A DNA stretch of 64,000 nt from a virus (taxonomy: Duplodnaviria > Heunggongvirae > Uroviricota > Caudoviricetes), in the IMG/VR virus record IMGVR_UViG_3300028584_001240, one strand, 5' to 3'. The translations under genes and the position numbers were made by a program. The notes beneath the pieces were generated by a model that did not search any database, had not been told where the DNA came from, and saw only the letters and a list, made by a program, of their open reading frames with translations. Shown here in pieces: positions 31,801 to 40,681 of this stretch (positions are counted from its first letter, which is position 1; each line of letters opens with the position of its first letter).

Positions 31801-32331
31801 AATGGAAATCCATTGGGTGCTGGTATTACAGTAAATTGGTCTACTAATGGTTATTCTACATTTGATGTTGATAATTTCACTCAAAATATATCAAGTCAAA
31901 CAGATTCAACAGGAAAAGCTACTATACCATTTTACGTTGGTGCAACTGGATCTTATACAGTAATTTCTGAGTATAATGGTGTTTCACAAAATATTGTAAT
32001 AAATGCAACTCCAAGAATTGTTTCTATAGTATCATTTAGAGTGGAGCCAACATCACTGAATCAAGATGAAGCTGGAGATATTTATGTAAACTTAGATGGA
32101 CTAGTCTTTGGTGATTATAAAGCTTATATTGATTGTGACTCTGGTTTTATTTGTCAAGATATAAATGGACAAAATATAACTCCTGACTATATAGATGTAA
32201 CAAACACTGCTCAGTTTAAAATAACAGTAAATCCTACTGGAAAAGTTGGTTTTGTAAAATTTAATGTAAGAATAAACAACGGACAATCAATAGATATTGG
32301 TCCAATTGAAGTAAATCCACCACCAATCTAA
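28822..32331 (+). CDS. Inverse autotransporter (intimin/invasin family) with about 6 Big_1 Ig-like domains
   Basis: Barrel motifs RNTLNIGVGYR, GVEAWADYLK, ERPANGWDLR, YEQYYGDNV, YDLVNRNNEIV; repeated WSTT.G...TDxNG units; start moved to ATG after AAGGA. Confidence 0.93.
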   Translation: MINNNYKEKYKLYSKRMGVSILILLTACTNTNPTRTVTNNSSTVVNSSNDNKGTATQFQEANEFNLPTMGIESQKKENKKTIEYDTGQDIYEQKIANPRTAKTKDVQDLQSMGFGLINSTTSEEVKKWFNSHKITSEVSVGASDDGVRNLSFDLLMPLYEQDNNLFFTQVGFRRSNRYTEDYRNTLNIGVGYRHMYEKALLGLNTFYDTDITGHNNRLGLGVEAWADYLKLAANSYIRLTDWKKSVDMYDYMERPANGWDLRADAYLPQYPQLGGKLMYEQYYGDNVGLFGSSTKQKDPSATTVGLNYTPIPLITLSSDYRTGQDNQSDLTVSLALNFQIGVPLKKQLSPDEIRSSRLLSNAKYDLVNRNNEIVMDYRKNELGTLTLPATLSASPNSTLSIPVTFTGRISNVTWTGSAAQYAIPYGGGATASVQIPAYNPTGINVYDLQAIGNDEFGHLVKSNITQITVTANQLTMLASQPTTIANGTDFIVFTANLKQYSGVAVQNTDVVWTIQGNATVMEQENKTDSNGIARLKISSKFANLVKVSVKEVGGADITNDVVFTADSGTAKVTSVTSTLSSLVADGVSFSTITAIIQDENGNTVPVNTPITWSTTSGQLSSLTSLTDVNGQTTVTFKTTLAGNATITASAAKGNGTVSITATPNTSTARVISINSSAPSVVANNTTSSVISVTVHDVNGNPVPANTPIGWSTTFGTLSSNLTYTDTNGVATVSILSSTVGSASITATATQGSMSTPVAFTVDLATLAPINLIATPTSAVADDTSVILFRVTVQDAFGNKAPANTPVSWTTTLGTWTSSTSVTDSNGYAVISLKSNTAGVATVSAISGGGSIDTTVSFTASTTAAVSSVSTSSPTVVANNTTVTLQAIVLDSNYLPVQNAVVNWSTTLGNLSSANSTTNSSGIAEITLSGTVAGTATISASSDIGGTKSTNVQFNADPSTANIYSMSASSTSMPADFDMSPPTQNNLYAQLSDANGNPLGAGITVNWSTNGYSTFDVDNFTQNISSQTDSTGKATIPFYVGATGSYTVISEYNGVSQNIVINATPRIVSIVSFRVEPTSLNQDEAGDIYVNLDGLVFGDYKAYIDCDSGFICQDINGQNITPDYIDVTNTAQFKITVNPTGKVGFVKFNVRINNGQSIDIGPIEVNPPPI

Positions 32332-32549
32332 GGTAAAGTAAAAAATAAAGACCTCATGCAAATGGGGTTTTTTATTGTCTAAAATTCGTGAAGGATAAAC
32401 AACGATATCCAATCACACCTAAGAACAAAAAGCTTTTAACCCCAGAAGCTTTTGATTTTGCTGTTGATTGTAATTTATTTTTTTTAATTTTTAGAAACAG
32501 AATTATTTATTTGAAACGGGCTTTGCCGTGAGTACAGATGTTTTGTGCA

Positions 32550-32910
32550 GGGGATGTTTGAAAAACAGCAACAAACAAAAAGATCTTCCCCGATGTGGGG
32601 CAGCGAAAAGCATAGTGGCGAAGTCCACGTCATGCTTCGAAAGCTGATGCGAAGCAAGAAGCTTGAAGAGCTGTAGCATTATAGTCATCCTCAGTAAAAA
32701 GAGTAAATTAGACTAACGATCCATTGCTAAAGATCTAAAAAAAGCTATACCCATCCGATAAAATACTAAAAAAAATATGAAACCTTATGATCGTGCAGAC
32801 TATGTATATAGATACTTTTACGGATTAATGACATCACTTTAGATCGCACCCTAAAAAATAAAATAGCTGAAAACCATAGCGTCATTGTTATAAAAAAAGA
32901 TCTAAAAAAA
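32550..32910. other. Hairpin cluster plus GATC-rich AT tract between convergent genes (candidate origin or ncRNA)
   Basis: Five short hairpins enclosed by GGGGATG/CATCCTC; six GATC sites in about 320 bp. Confidence 0.35.
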
Positions 32911-32964
32911 ATTATAATCATAAAAAAAACCCCTCGAAAGGGGCTTTTTGGTATACTTTTTGAA

Positions 32965-33693
32965 TTAATCTAGGTTTTCAATATATTTATTTGAATTACC
33001 TTGAACTTGTTTGATGCGTTTGTTCTTAACTCGTTCCCATTCGTCAACTGGGTCTTGCTTGTTCCACACTTCAAACAATTTACGTTGTGCGTCACTAATA
33101 CGAATGCCATAACGGTCAGACATATAGAAGTAGGTTCTTGCTACGTCACCACGAACATTGGCTGGTGGTTGAACTGCCTTACCTTTAAAGTCAATCTTCA
33201 TGTCACATTGACCGTATACAAAGTCAGTGCTTGTGAGAGCCGCGAAACGAAAGTTGCTTCGATCCATGTTGACTTCACCTACGGCTGGCACAAGGTTATG
33301 CAAGTCGATGTAAGCTTGACGGAAGGTCGGGTCTGTTTTCTCGCAGTAAGCACGCTTATCCTTGCGGGATTTGTTCTCAATCATACATTTGTTCTGATAA
33401 CCAATATGAGCGGCTGGAACGATGTGTTCTGCTTCAATACGTTGGGCACGACTGAGGTTGCCTTCTTTACGGTTTTCATAACCACAACTTTCAAGGTCTG
33501 GAACCAATTTTTTACCTTGTCGCTGAATATCACAACCACAATAGAATTCCTTGTGATCTTCATTTGCTTTATAGACCTTAGTATAAAGCACTCGTTTTGC
33601 TTCACTAAAACTATCAATGGTGCTATTAGATGCAGAAGCACTGATACTCAGAGCCGAAGCAAACAATACAACCAACACGTTTCTCAATTTCAT
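32965..33693 (-). CDS. endA: Periplasmic endonuclease I (EndA/Dns family)
   Basis: Signal peptide; FYCGC, RIEAEHIVPA, DLHNLVPAVGEVNMDRSN, RGDVARTYFYM, WNKQDPVDEWE. Confidence 0.93.
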   Translation of the reverse strand: MKLRNVLVVLFASALSISASASNSTIDSFSEAKRVLYTKVYKANEDHKEFYCGCDIQRQGKKLVPDLESCGYENRKEGNLSRAQRIEAEHIVPAAHIGYQNKCMIENKSRKDKRAYCEKTDPTFRQAYIDLHNLVPAVGEVNMDRSNFRFAALTSTDFVYGQCDMKIDFKGKAVQPPANVRGDVARTYFYMSDRYGIRISDAQRKLFEVWNKQDPVDEWERVKNKRIKQVQGNSNKYIENLD

Positions 33694-33759
33694 ATAAGTT
33701 CCTCTCATTTGTTTAGATGATTATAATATCACAACCGTTTAATTTAGGCAAAGCTTTTT

Positions 33760-35250
33760 TTAAATCTTAAACGTATTGTGTGTCGATTGTTTAACTTCTG
33801 CCATACTTTGCTGTTTTTGACTGAATGCCTGTTGATTATTTTTCAAGCTTGATAAGGTTTCCATTTGTACTTTATAATCAATCGCTGAATTCATGCCTTG
33901 ATCTAAAATAGAATGATTCTTAACAAATTCATTTAACTCTTGTGCGGTCTTTTTATGATCCCATTTATTATGAGCATTCATCATGGATGTCACCACATCA
34001 AAATTTGAATCCTCTTGAAAAACTTTAGAAAGTCGTTTAGCCACTTTTTCCTGTCTAGCTTCATTAGGAACTGCTCTCATTCGCTCAACAGTAAATGTAC
34101 CCACTTTTGTTCCCCACTCATTGTAAAGAGGATCATTATTACCTTCATTAATATCTTTCATAATTTTTGCAACCGAAAAATCAACGCCTGAATTTTCCAA
34201 GCCAGCCAATTGTTCTGGTGTAAATTTGTGGTTTGATATCTGTTTAGCAAGAATACCCGTAAATGAAGCAACATCACTTGGTTTCATATTGAGTAAATCA
34301 GGATTTTTATTAACTAACTGTTTAAGCTCTGCTACACCAAATGTAGTATTATGAGAAATAGTTTTTTCCATTCTTTTCATTCTGAAGTCTATTACATAGT
34401 CTGCTAATTTATTAAATTCTTGCAAACTTTTGGATTCTGTGCCTAGCATCATCACTGTCGCCATATCGGAATGGAGTTCTAAGTCAACTTCTCTTTTATC
34501 AACCTGATTCTGAATATTGAACTCACGAGATTGATAAAATGAGCCATGTGCTGCTTCATGATAAACAACATACTTAGTTATCAAGTCATGATCTTCTGGC
34601 TGAACACCGATGAAGTTAATTATATCATTAACCTCTTTAAAATTAATAACAATACGTTCTTCTGTGTTGTTGGCTAAAACAGCCGCTGAATGAAGATCTG
34701 CAGTCACTTCAACTTCTCCATCACGATAATAAGCTGAATTTATAGGGGTGTTTTCTAGTTCAATGACGTTATTTTCCCAAAATGGGTTTTTAAATGCTAA
34801 CGGGGTACGTTCTGGCATACTTTTAAGTTGTTCTATACCTGTTGAGCTTAGTGATGGAACTTCTTTACCAATATAATTAGTGTTTACAATTTTATTAGAT
34901 AACTCAATAGTATCCTGAAAAGTAGCAAGATTAGATTTCATATCCAATCCAGAGAAGTCAGATTTAACAACAATTTCAGTTGGCATAGGACTTGGTTGTT
35001 GTTGGATAACCGTTTCATATTGTGTTTGAGATGAGAGTAATGCACCCAAATCCATATCTTTAATAACAGATAATTGAGACAGTGCGTTAATACTAGTGGC
35101 AGCTAACAATCCTATCAAAACAGCTTTGTTTTCTTTTATGTATTGACCAAAATCATATAAAAGACCTTTCGTGGTTTTAAATTCATCGACTTGGTAAAGT
35201 GTGTCATCAAAGTTTTCGCGTATATTCGCAATTTTATCAAATTTAGACAT
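33760..35250 (-). CDS. Hypothetical protein with N-terminal hydrophobic segment and HExxH motif (possible Zn peptidase)
   Basis: YVVYHEAAHG...ELHSD. Confidence 0.6.
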   Translation of the reverse strand: MSKFDKIANIRENFDDTLYQVDEFKTTKGLLYDFGQYIKENKAVLIGLLAATSINALSQLSVIKDMDLGALLSSQTQYETVIQQQPSPMPTEIVVKSDFSGLDMKSNLATFQDTIELSNKIVNTNYIGKEVPSLSSTGIEQLKSMPERTPLAFKNPFWENNVIELENTPINSAYYRDGEVEVTADLHSAAVLANNTEERIVINFKEVNDIINFIGVQPEDHDLITKYVVYHEAAHGSFYQSREFNIQNQVDKREVDLELHSDMATVMMLGTESKSLQEFNKLADYVIDFRMKRMEKTISHNTTFGVAELKQLVNKNPDLLNMKPSDVASFTGILAKQISNHKFTPEQLAGLENSGVDFSVAKIMKDINEGNNDPLYNEWGTKVGTFTVERMRAVPNEARQEKVAKRLSKVFQEDSNFDVVTSMMNAHNKWDHKKTAQELNEFVKNHSILDQGMNSAIDYKVQMETLSSLKNNQQAFSQKQQSMAEVKQSTHNTFKI

Positions 35251-35377
35251 ATTATTTCTTTTTGTTTTTTATCATTTTACCATATTTCAGATATAAATAA
35301 AATAAAGAAGCAATTTTTCTCTTTGTAGTTGAATAAAGGTGGTAAAAGTGATATTATCATGCAAAAGGAGAAACGGA

Positions 35378-35860
35378 ATGGTAAAAGCACTGTCAATATT
35401 AACAGCTTTAATGCTAACACAAACAACATTTGCTAGTGTGGTAAGTGAAACACCAAAATTAAGCTATCAAATAATTTCTGATGACTATAAGATTGGTGTT
35501 GTCGCTTTTGCCCACATGAATCAACCGACTGAAGTTAATTATGGTTTGAAATCTGAATGTCAATACTTAGAGATAGGCAGTAAAACTCAAAAGGAAGTTG
35601 CCTTGACAGATATGCCAGAAACAAAATTGACTGTATTTCCATTACAAGAAAAAGATGGACAAGTGCAAACACTTATCGTTGTCGAAACAGCAGAGCCAGC
35701 AGCAACACAACTCACTAAATTATCTGAAAGCTGTAGTATAAGATTGGCTCAGACAATATTTACTCGAAAATCTGTAAATACTTATTTCAAAGAAAACGAA
35801 ACAAAAGTATTTTCAATTGGGAATTCAACAATGACAGTTAAAATGAATCATATTAAATAA
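35378..35860 (+). CDS. Secreted hypothetical protein
   Basis: Start after AGGAG; signal peptide ending TFA. Confidence 0.7.
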   Translation: MVKALSILTALMLTQTTFASVVSETPKLSYQIISDDYKIGVVAFAHMNQPTEVNYGLKSECQYLEIGSKTQKEVALTDMPETKLTVFPLQEKDGQVQTLIVVETAEPAATQLTKLSESCSIRLAQTIFTRKSVNTYFKENETKVFSIGNSTMTVKMNHIK

Positions 35861-35883
35861 TTAAACAACAATTAGGAGATCTT

Positions 35884-36423
35884 ATGAATACATTAAAAAA
35901 TGAACTACAAGACCATTATCAACTTTACTTCCCGAATGGATTTATGGACGAATTGGTTAAATTGGGTGCAAAAAATATTGAGACTTCTGTTGAAATTATC
36001 AAAGCAAACTATTTGAGAAAAGTGACCAGATACATTCTAAACGATTATGAATTGGTTGATAGCTATGGTCTAGTTAAATTTAAAGGAAGTATCTTGGTTA
36101 TTGATCCAGCAAAACCACTATATTCCAATGGTGATGAGCGTAAGTTTGAGGGGTATGTTGGCATGGGTGCGATTGACTCACTGTTTAAAGCAACCAAAAC
36201 TGAACTCAAAAAGAATATTGAGATTTTCCACTACGGTTCCAGTGCTGTGACTTCATTGAAAGAAGGGTATAAAGATATTGTAACCTCAGAAGCGAAGGTG
36301 ATGACATTAATGGGTATCATCGACAATGACAGTCAAAAGATTTACTGGGGTGTAGGTGAAAGTTCTAATGCACTACGTTCTGCTGTGGACTCTTTACTAT
36401 CGGCCATCAATCGCATTGATTAA
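35884..36423 (+). CDS. Stand-alone LeuA (2-isopropylmalate synthase) allosteric-domain-like protein
   Basis: GxGxGAIDSLFKA and YWGVGESSNALRSAVDSLLSAINR resemble the LeuA regulatory domain; no catalytic barrel. Confidence 0.65.
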   Translation: MNTLKNELQDHYQLYFPNGFMDELVKLGAKNIETSVEIIKANYLRKVTRYILNDYELVDSYGLVKFKGSILVIDPAKPLYSNGDERKFEGYVGMGAIDSLFKATKTELKKNIEIFHYGSSAVTSLKEGYKDIVTSEAKVMTLMGIIDNDSQKIYWGVGESSNALRSAVDSLLSAINRID

Positions 36424-36493
36424 AAAAACTATCTATTAATAATCTATCCTCATGTATGCAATAGAGGATAGGTTCTTTTTTTAAGGACTTAAC

Positions 36494-37141
36494 ATGTCAA
36501 AAATTAAATTTTTCTTAAAGATTCTGTTAGCACCAGTATTTTTATTCTTAATAATGAATTGCATTGTTTTTGTTAATCAAATAAAAATCATAAATAATGA
36601 TTCGAGTATATGGGTTCAATTGCCTTTTGTTTTTTCACTGATGGGAATAGGTGTATTTATTTATTACATTTACAAAAGCATTAAAAATAAAGTATTTATT
36701 ATCAATGTATGTAATGATAAAGCCTCATTAATCTTGAATTATGCCAGTGTACTGACAGTGGTTTCAGTACTACCATCAATACTTATGGGTTCTGAATCAA
36801 TAATGAATCTCTTATCAATAATAAATGTTTTTACATTTGTAATAGGTAATTTTACGAATTTATTTATTATTCTTTATTTTTTTAATGTCTCAAGATTATA
36901 TGAAAATGAATTTATTGATGAGTTCAAGCTCGTGTTCTCAGATCCTAAATACGTCAAATGGTTTTTACTGTTTAGTCAATCAATGTTTAACTTAAATGTA
37001 AAATTTAATAATGATGGTGTCATGATTAATAGTAGTTTTATAGAAAAAGATAGCATTCAATATTATGAAGATATGTTTGATAAACGATTAAAGAATTTAA
37101 GTCAGGATGAATTAAAATTAATTGAAATGAACGCTATCTAG
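36494..37141 (+). CDS. Multi-TM membrane protein with MxxI tag (LIEMNAI)
   Basis: About 4 TM helices; tail FDKRLKNLSQDELKLIEMNAI. Confidence 0.75.
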   Translation: MSKIKFFLKILLAPVFLFLIMNCIVFVNQIKIINNDSSIWVQLPFVFSLMGIGVFIYYIYKSIKNKVFIINVCNDKASLILNYASVLTVVSVLPSILMGSESIMNLLSIINVFTFVIGNFTNLFIILYFFNVSRLYENEFIDEFKLVFSDPKYVKWFLLFSQSMFNLNVKFNNDGVMINSSFIEKDSIQYYEDMFDKRLKNLSQDELKLIEMNAI

Positions 37142-37171
37142 TAGATAACAAAAAAGCCCATCAGGGCTTTT

Positions 37172-37678
37172 TTATTGTATTGCTGTAAGTTCGGTCGGAA
37201 AGACTAAATCAGTGATAATCCATGTAAACAAATAACGACGACTGAATACAACTTGTTGTTTTTTGCCATCTACTTCAAAATTGATAACAAATCTATTTAA
37301 TCCTTCATAATCATAAGATGAGTGTAATTTTTTACCATCTGGGGTTTTGCCCGTTCTTAAAGATTCAAGTAATACTGCAATGTTCTCTGGTTCAACAATG
37401 ACATCAATACCAAACTTAATAGAGTTTTCCATAATTCTTTTTGATTTGATTGCATTACTATCTAATGTGCTTTCATCTACATTGCCAAACAATGTTTTAG
37501 AATATCTATCATAAATATTGTTTTCAACTGTAACAGGTTCTACAAAATAATTAAGGATACTTATCTTTTCATCTTTAATAGACATAAAGAGATTATGTAA
37601 GGCAATGTAAGGTGATACATATAAAGCAAAACAGACGGCTGACACCAATACAAGCACACTAATTTTTCTAATTTTCAT
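37172..37678 (-). CDS. DUF2939-like membrane-anchored protein
   Basis: N-terminal TM then YVSPYIAL; YEGLNRF; RRYLFTW. Confidence 0.6.
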   Translation of the reverse strand: MKIRKISVLVLVSAVCFALYVSPYIALHNLFMSIKDEKISILNYFVEPVTVENNIYDRYSKTLFGNVDESTLDSNAIKSKRIMENSIKFGIDVIVEPENIAVLLESLRTGKTPDGKKLHSSYDYEGLNRFVINFEVDGKKQQVVFSRRYLFTWIITDLVFPTELTAIQ

Positions 37679-37730
37679 TCATTAACTCCAATAATTATAA
37701 CTTTAAAGATTAACATTTTTTAAAGAGATG

Positions 37731-38150
37731 TCAAAGTTTAAGCTTCTTTTTCCTTTTCAATTTATCTGTATCGAACACAGGAATAGGTGTGATACCTTCT
37801 GGTATGGTGTAGGTCTTAGACATATGACGAATTGTAGGCTCAACTATTCTTCCATCATTTCTAAAAGCAGCATTCTTAAAACACTGTTCTGGGTTGTTTT
37901 CGAAGTAGATATAATTGATAGGAATGTTTGGAAAATTCTTTTCTGCAAAGGTCTTAAACCCATTCATCGACTGTTCACGACAGAGATGACAATCAGCGAT
38001 AATCAAATGATTGTCAAATTCTAAGGGGATATCACTTGCTTTGCGAGGATCATCAACAACCGTATATTCACCTTTGTTGAAGTTTTTGCTGATATAGTCT
38101 GATTTACCAGAACCCGGTAAACCGATAAGTAGTGTAATTTTTTTTTGCAT
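37731..38150 (-). CDS. Small P-loop NTPase/kinase (AAA_33-like), basic tail
   Basis: LLIGLPGSGKS Walker A. Confidence 0.75.
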   Translation of the reverse strand: MQKKITLLIGLPGSGKSDYISKNFNKGEYTVVDDPRKASDIPLEFDNHLIIADCHLCREQSMNGFKTFAEKNFPNIPINYIYFENNPEQCFKNAAFRNDGRIVEPTIRHMSKTYTIPEGITPIPVFDTDKLKRKKKLKL

Positions 38151-38199
38151 GTCAGTATGTCCTTAATTTAAGAACAGTATATCACATTTTTTATTGCTT

Positions 38200-38463
38200 T
38201 TAAACTTCTACAGCATCAACAATATCATCTTTATAAATAGCAATGTTAGTTAAATATCCAGTGTTAACATAATAGCAGACATTATCTTCACCGACTACTT
38301 TAACGACCCTCTTTATACGAATTTTACCACCAGACACAGAATATTCCATCAGAAAATTTTTTCCGACCTTAATCATTTCAAACGACTCCATAGTTTTTGA
38401 TTTTTTTGTTGCTACATTGACCTGTTCAACCCAGAAATTGGACATAAAAAACTTCCTTATCAA
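38200..38463 (-). CDS. Hypothetical protein
   Basis: Short ORF; start uncertain. Confidence 0.55.
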   Translation of the reverse strand: MIRKFFMSNFWVEQVNVATKKSKTMESFEMIKVGKNFLMEYSVSGGKIRIKRVVKVVGEDNVCYYVNTGYLTNIAIYKDDIVDAVEV

Positions 38464-38496
38464 AAGGAAGTAGTTTACTAGATTCTACATTACTGG

Positions 38497-39048
38497 TCAA
38501 GTAATAGTTTCTGTTTCATCCACATCCATAAAGATTTCTTTTGCAATTGGGATCATTTCTTGAAAATCAGAGAGTTCGGCAACGTCTAGATTTAAGGTAA
38601 ATTCACCCATTGTGATATCGTAAATGTCGGCTGGGAATATGTAGAATTGACTGGATACTTTGTTTTTAAAGAAATGAGTCAATGGCATAATTCTGAAGGC
38701 TTTTGTGTTAACCAACTTATCGTGAAATGGTTTATTAGTTTCTTTTATAAAGTCGATAACATTTTGGAACTCTATCTTATGAATTAAGTAAACTCTTTTG
38801 TAAATATTAGCATCTTTGCCTTTTAATGATAACTGAGCATTATCTAAACCGCTGTTTTGATAGTTTTTAATGTTGATGTATTGTTCGATTACTTCACCAT
38901 TGATTACGTCAGTTAAATTAGCCCATACCATGTATTCTTTATTGGCTAAAACAAACTTCAAGTAACTATCTAAGCTATCTATAGAATGTGTAGATATTTT
39001 TATGTTCTTATTGTTGTCTATGTGACTGTATGTGATTATTGCACTCAT
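38497..39048 (-). CDS. Hypothetical protein
   Basis: 183-aa ORF with AGGAG RBS. Confidence 0.75.
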   Translation of the reverse strand: MSAIITYSHIDNNKNIKISTHSIDSLDSYLKFVLANKEYMVWANLTDVINGEVIEQYINIKNYQNSGLDNAQLSLKGKDANIYKRVYLIHKIEFQNVIDFIKETNKPFHDKLVNTKAFRIMPLTHFFKNKVSSQFYIFPADIYDITMGEFTLNLDVAELSDFQEMIPIAKEIFMDVDETETIT

Positions 39049-39198
39049 ACTTTTATCTCCTTGTCCTTAATTTTATTTTAAACATTATTAACAATTAGTC
39101 AATGATGGCAGAATAAAAAATAAATTAAAAAAACTCATAAAATAAAAGGAAAAACAAGGGCTTGTCTTATCTTTTAGACATTTTGTTGCGGTCTTTGC

Positions 39199-39441
39199 TC
39201 AAACGTAAATATTTATCAAAGTACCAATCTTGTTATTTTCCGCTTCTGGAGACTTTGACACAGATGGTACTTCATTTAAATAATTTGGATTAAGTAACAA
39301 CTGTTCTGAATGAGAGACTTCACCAGATGAACGTTTATACATTGCAATCGCTTTGTTGACATGATGGCTATTTTTAATGTTAAGTTTTGGCTTGTTTGAA
39401 TGTGCCATACTTTTTCTAACACTATCTAATATATCTAACAT
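39199..39441 (-). CDS. Small protein ending KIGTLINIYV (YjfB/motility-type C-terminal motif)
   Basis: AGGAG RBS, TTGACA promoter; terminal GxxI[ND]xY[VA] motif. Confidence 0.55.
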   Translation of the reverse strand: MLDILDSVRKSMAHSNKPKLNIKNSHHVNKAIAMYKRSSGEVSHSEQLLLNPNYLNEVPSVSKSPEAENNKIGTLINIYV

Positions 39442-39558
39442 AATAGTCTCCTTTTCTCAAGCCTACTTTAACACGTTGCAGCCTAAATGTCAAAAGCATT
39501 GAAAAAATAGTAATCTATGTTATCTTGACAAGTAACCAATAGCTTTTAAGGAGTTATC

Positions 39559-40023
39559 ATGATTAAAAAGATAGTCTTAGGTTCATTGCTTGCTTTATCA
39601 GTAAGCACATCATTTGCTGGCGTTAAATGCGGTGGCGAAATAGTGGGACTAGATATCAATACTGACAGCAGTGTCAAGGAATTGAAACAATATAGAAAAG
39701 AATTGGAAGCAACAAAAGAAAGAGTTGACTACATTTATTATTATACATTGACCCATAACAGAATTGTTATCAAAACTGAAAAATTGAAATACAACAGTGC
39801 CATTAATAAAATAAAAGAAACCTACGCATCCGATCCTAAAAAGGTAGAGATGATTACCAGTAAAGAAGGCGAATTATACTCGTCACTCGATGCTGCACTA
39901 GACAATATTAACATAAAAACAGAAGATTCTAAGAACCAAAAGCTCTTGGAAATAGATGATCAAATAAAATATGTGAATGAATTAATAAGTGAAAGACCTA
40001 TAATAGAGAGGTTAGGCTTTTAA
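39559..40023 (+). CDS. Secreted hypothetical protein
   Basis: Signal peptide ending SFA; AGGAG RBS. Confidence 0.75.
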   Translation: MIKKIVLGSLLALSVSTSFAGVKCGGEIVGLDINTDSSVKELKQYRKELEATKERVDYIYYYTLTHNRIVIKTEKLKYNSAINKIKETYASDPKKVEMITSKEGELYSSLDAALDNINIKTEDSKNQKLLEIDDQIKYVNELISERPIIERLGF

Positions 40024-40122
40024 TATCTGTACAATTTGGTGCAAAAAGGATCAATGGTACTTGTATTTGAAAACAAAAGGAATATAATTGTGAACAGAGA
40101 AAGTAAACAGAGTGAGGAAAAT

Positions 40123-40662
40123 ATGGATAATAAAAGTGTAGTCCTCTCAGAACTAGATAATCATCTACGCCATTTGTTTGAATATCGGTTTTTTAATAAG
40201 TTTTACAATGCTGTCGAAATAATATGCCGTTACACCTTGTATGTAACGGCTATTGCTGTGTTGGCAGGGTCGTATCTTTATTCAAGATCTGAGAGTTATG
40301 CTGATATTACTTTTATTGACATTACTAAAATTGTATTTGGTGTTTCTTTTTTGATTATCTCTTTGTCTATAATTATTCGAGAGATAACGATATTGTTCTA
40401 CGGAAAAATATACGGGGAAACATTCAAACAATATGTAGCTGTAAGTGAAGATGATATCAACAAAATAGTAACAAAATTGAAAAAAGAGTCTAATGATCCA
40501 TCGTTAATTTACGAAGTGGATAAAATTGTTAAAAGATATAAGTATAAAGAGAATGGTCTTTATGTAATCTTTACTGATGGTATAAACAAGAAGATAATAA
40601 AAGAGTTAATGAAGTTAGAAATTAACTACAAATACTCGAAACGAGATGAAGAAAGAAGATAA
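40123..40662 (+). CDS. Membrane protein (2 TM)
   Basis: Start moved to ATG after GAGGA; two hydrophobic helices. Confidence 0.7.
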   Translation: MDNKSVVLSELDNHLRHLFEYRFFNKFYNAVEIICRYTLYVTAIAVLAGSYLYSRSESYADITFIDITKIVFGVSFLIISLSIIIREITILFYGKIYGETFKQYVAVSEDDINKIVTKLKKESNDPSLIYEVDKIVKRYKYKENGLYVIFTDGINKKIIKELMKLEINYKYSKRDEERR

Positions 40663-40681
40663 AAAGCCCCTCGGGGCTTTT

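Noticed and set aside
33001-33720. 239-aa plus-strand ORF, and similar shadow ORFs over nadE, the MCP, the invasin and tilS
   Set aside because: Antisense shadows of well-supported genes; no motifs or RBS.
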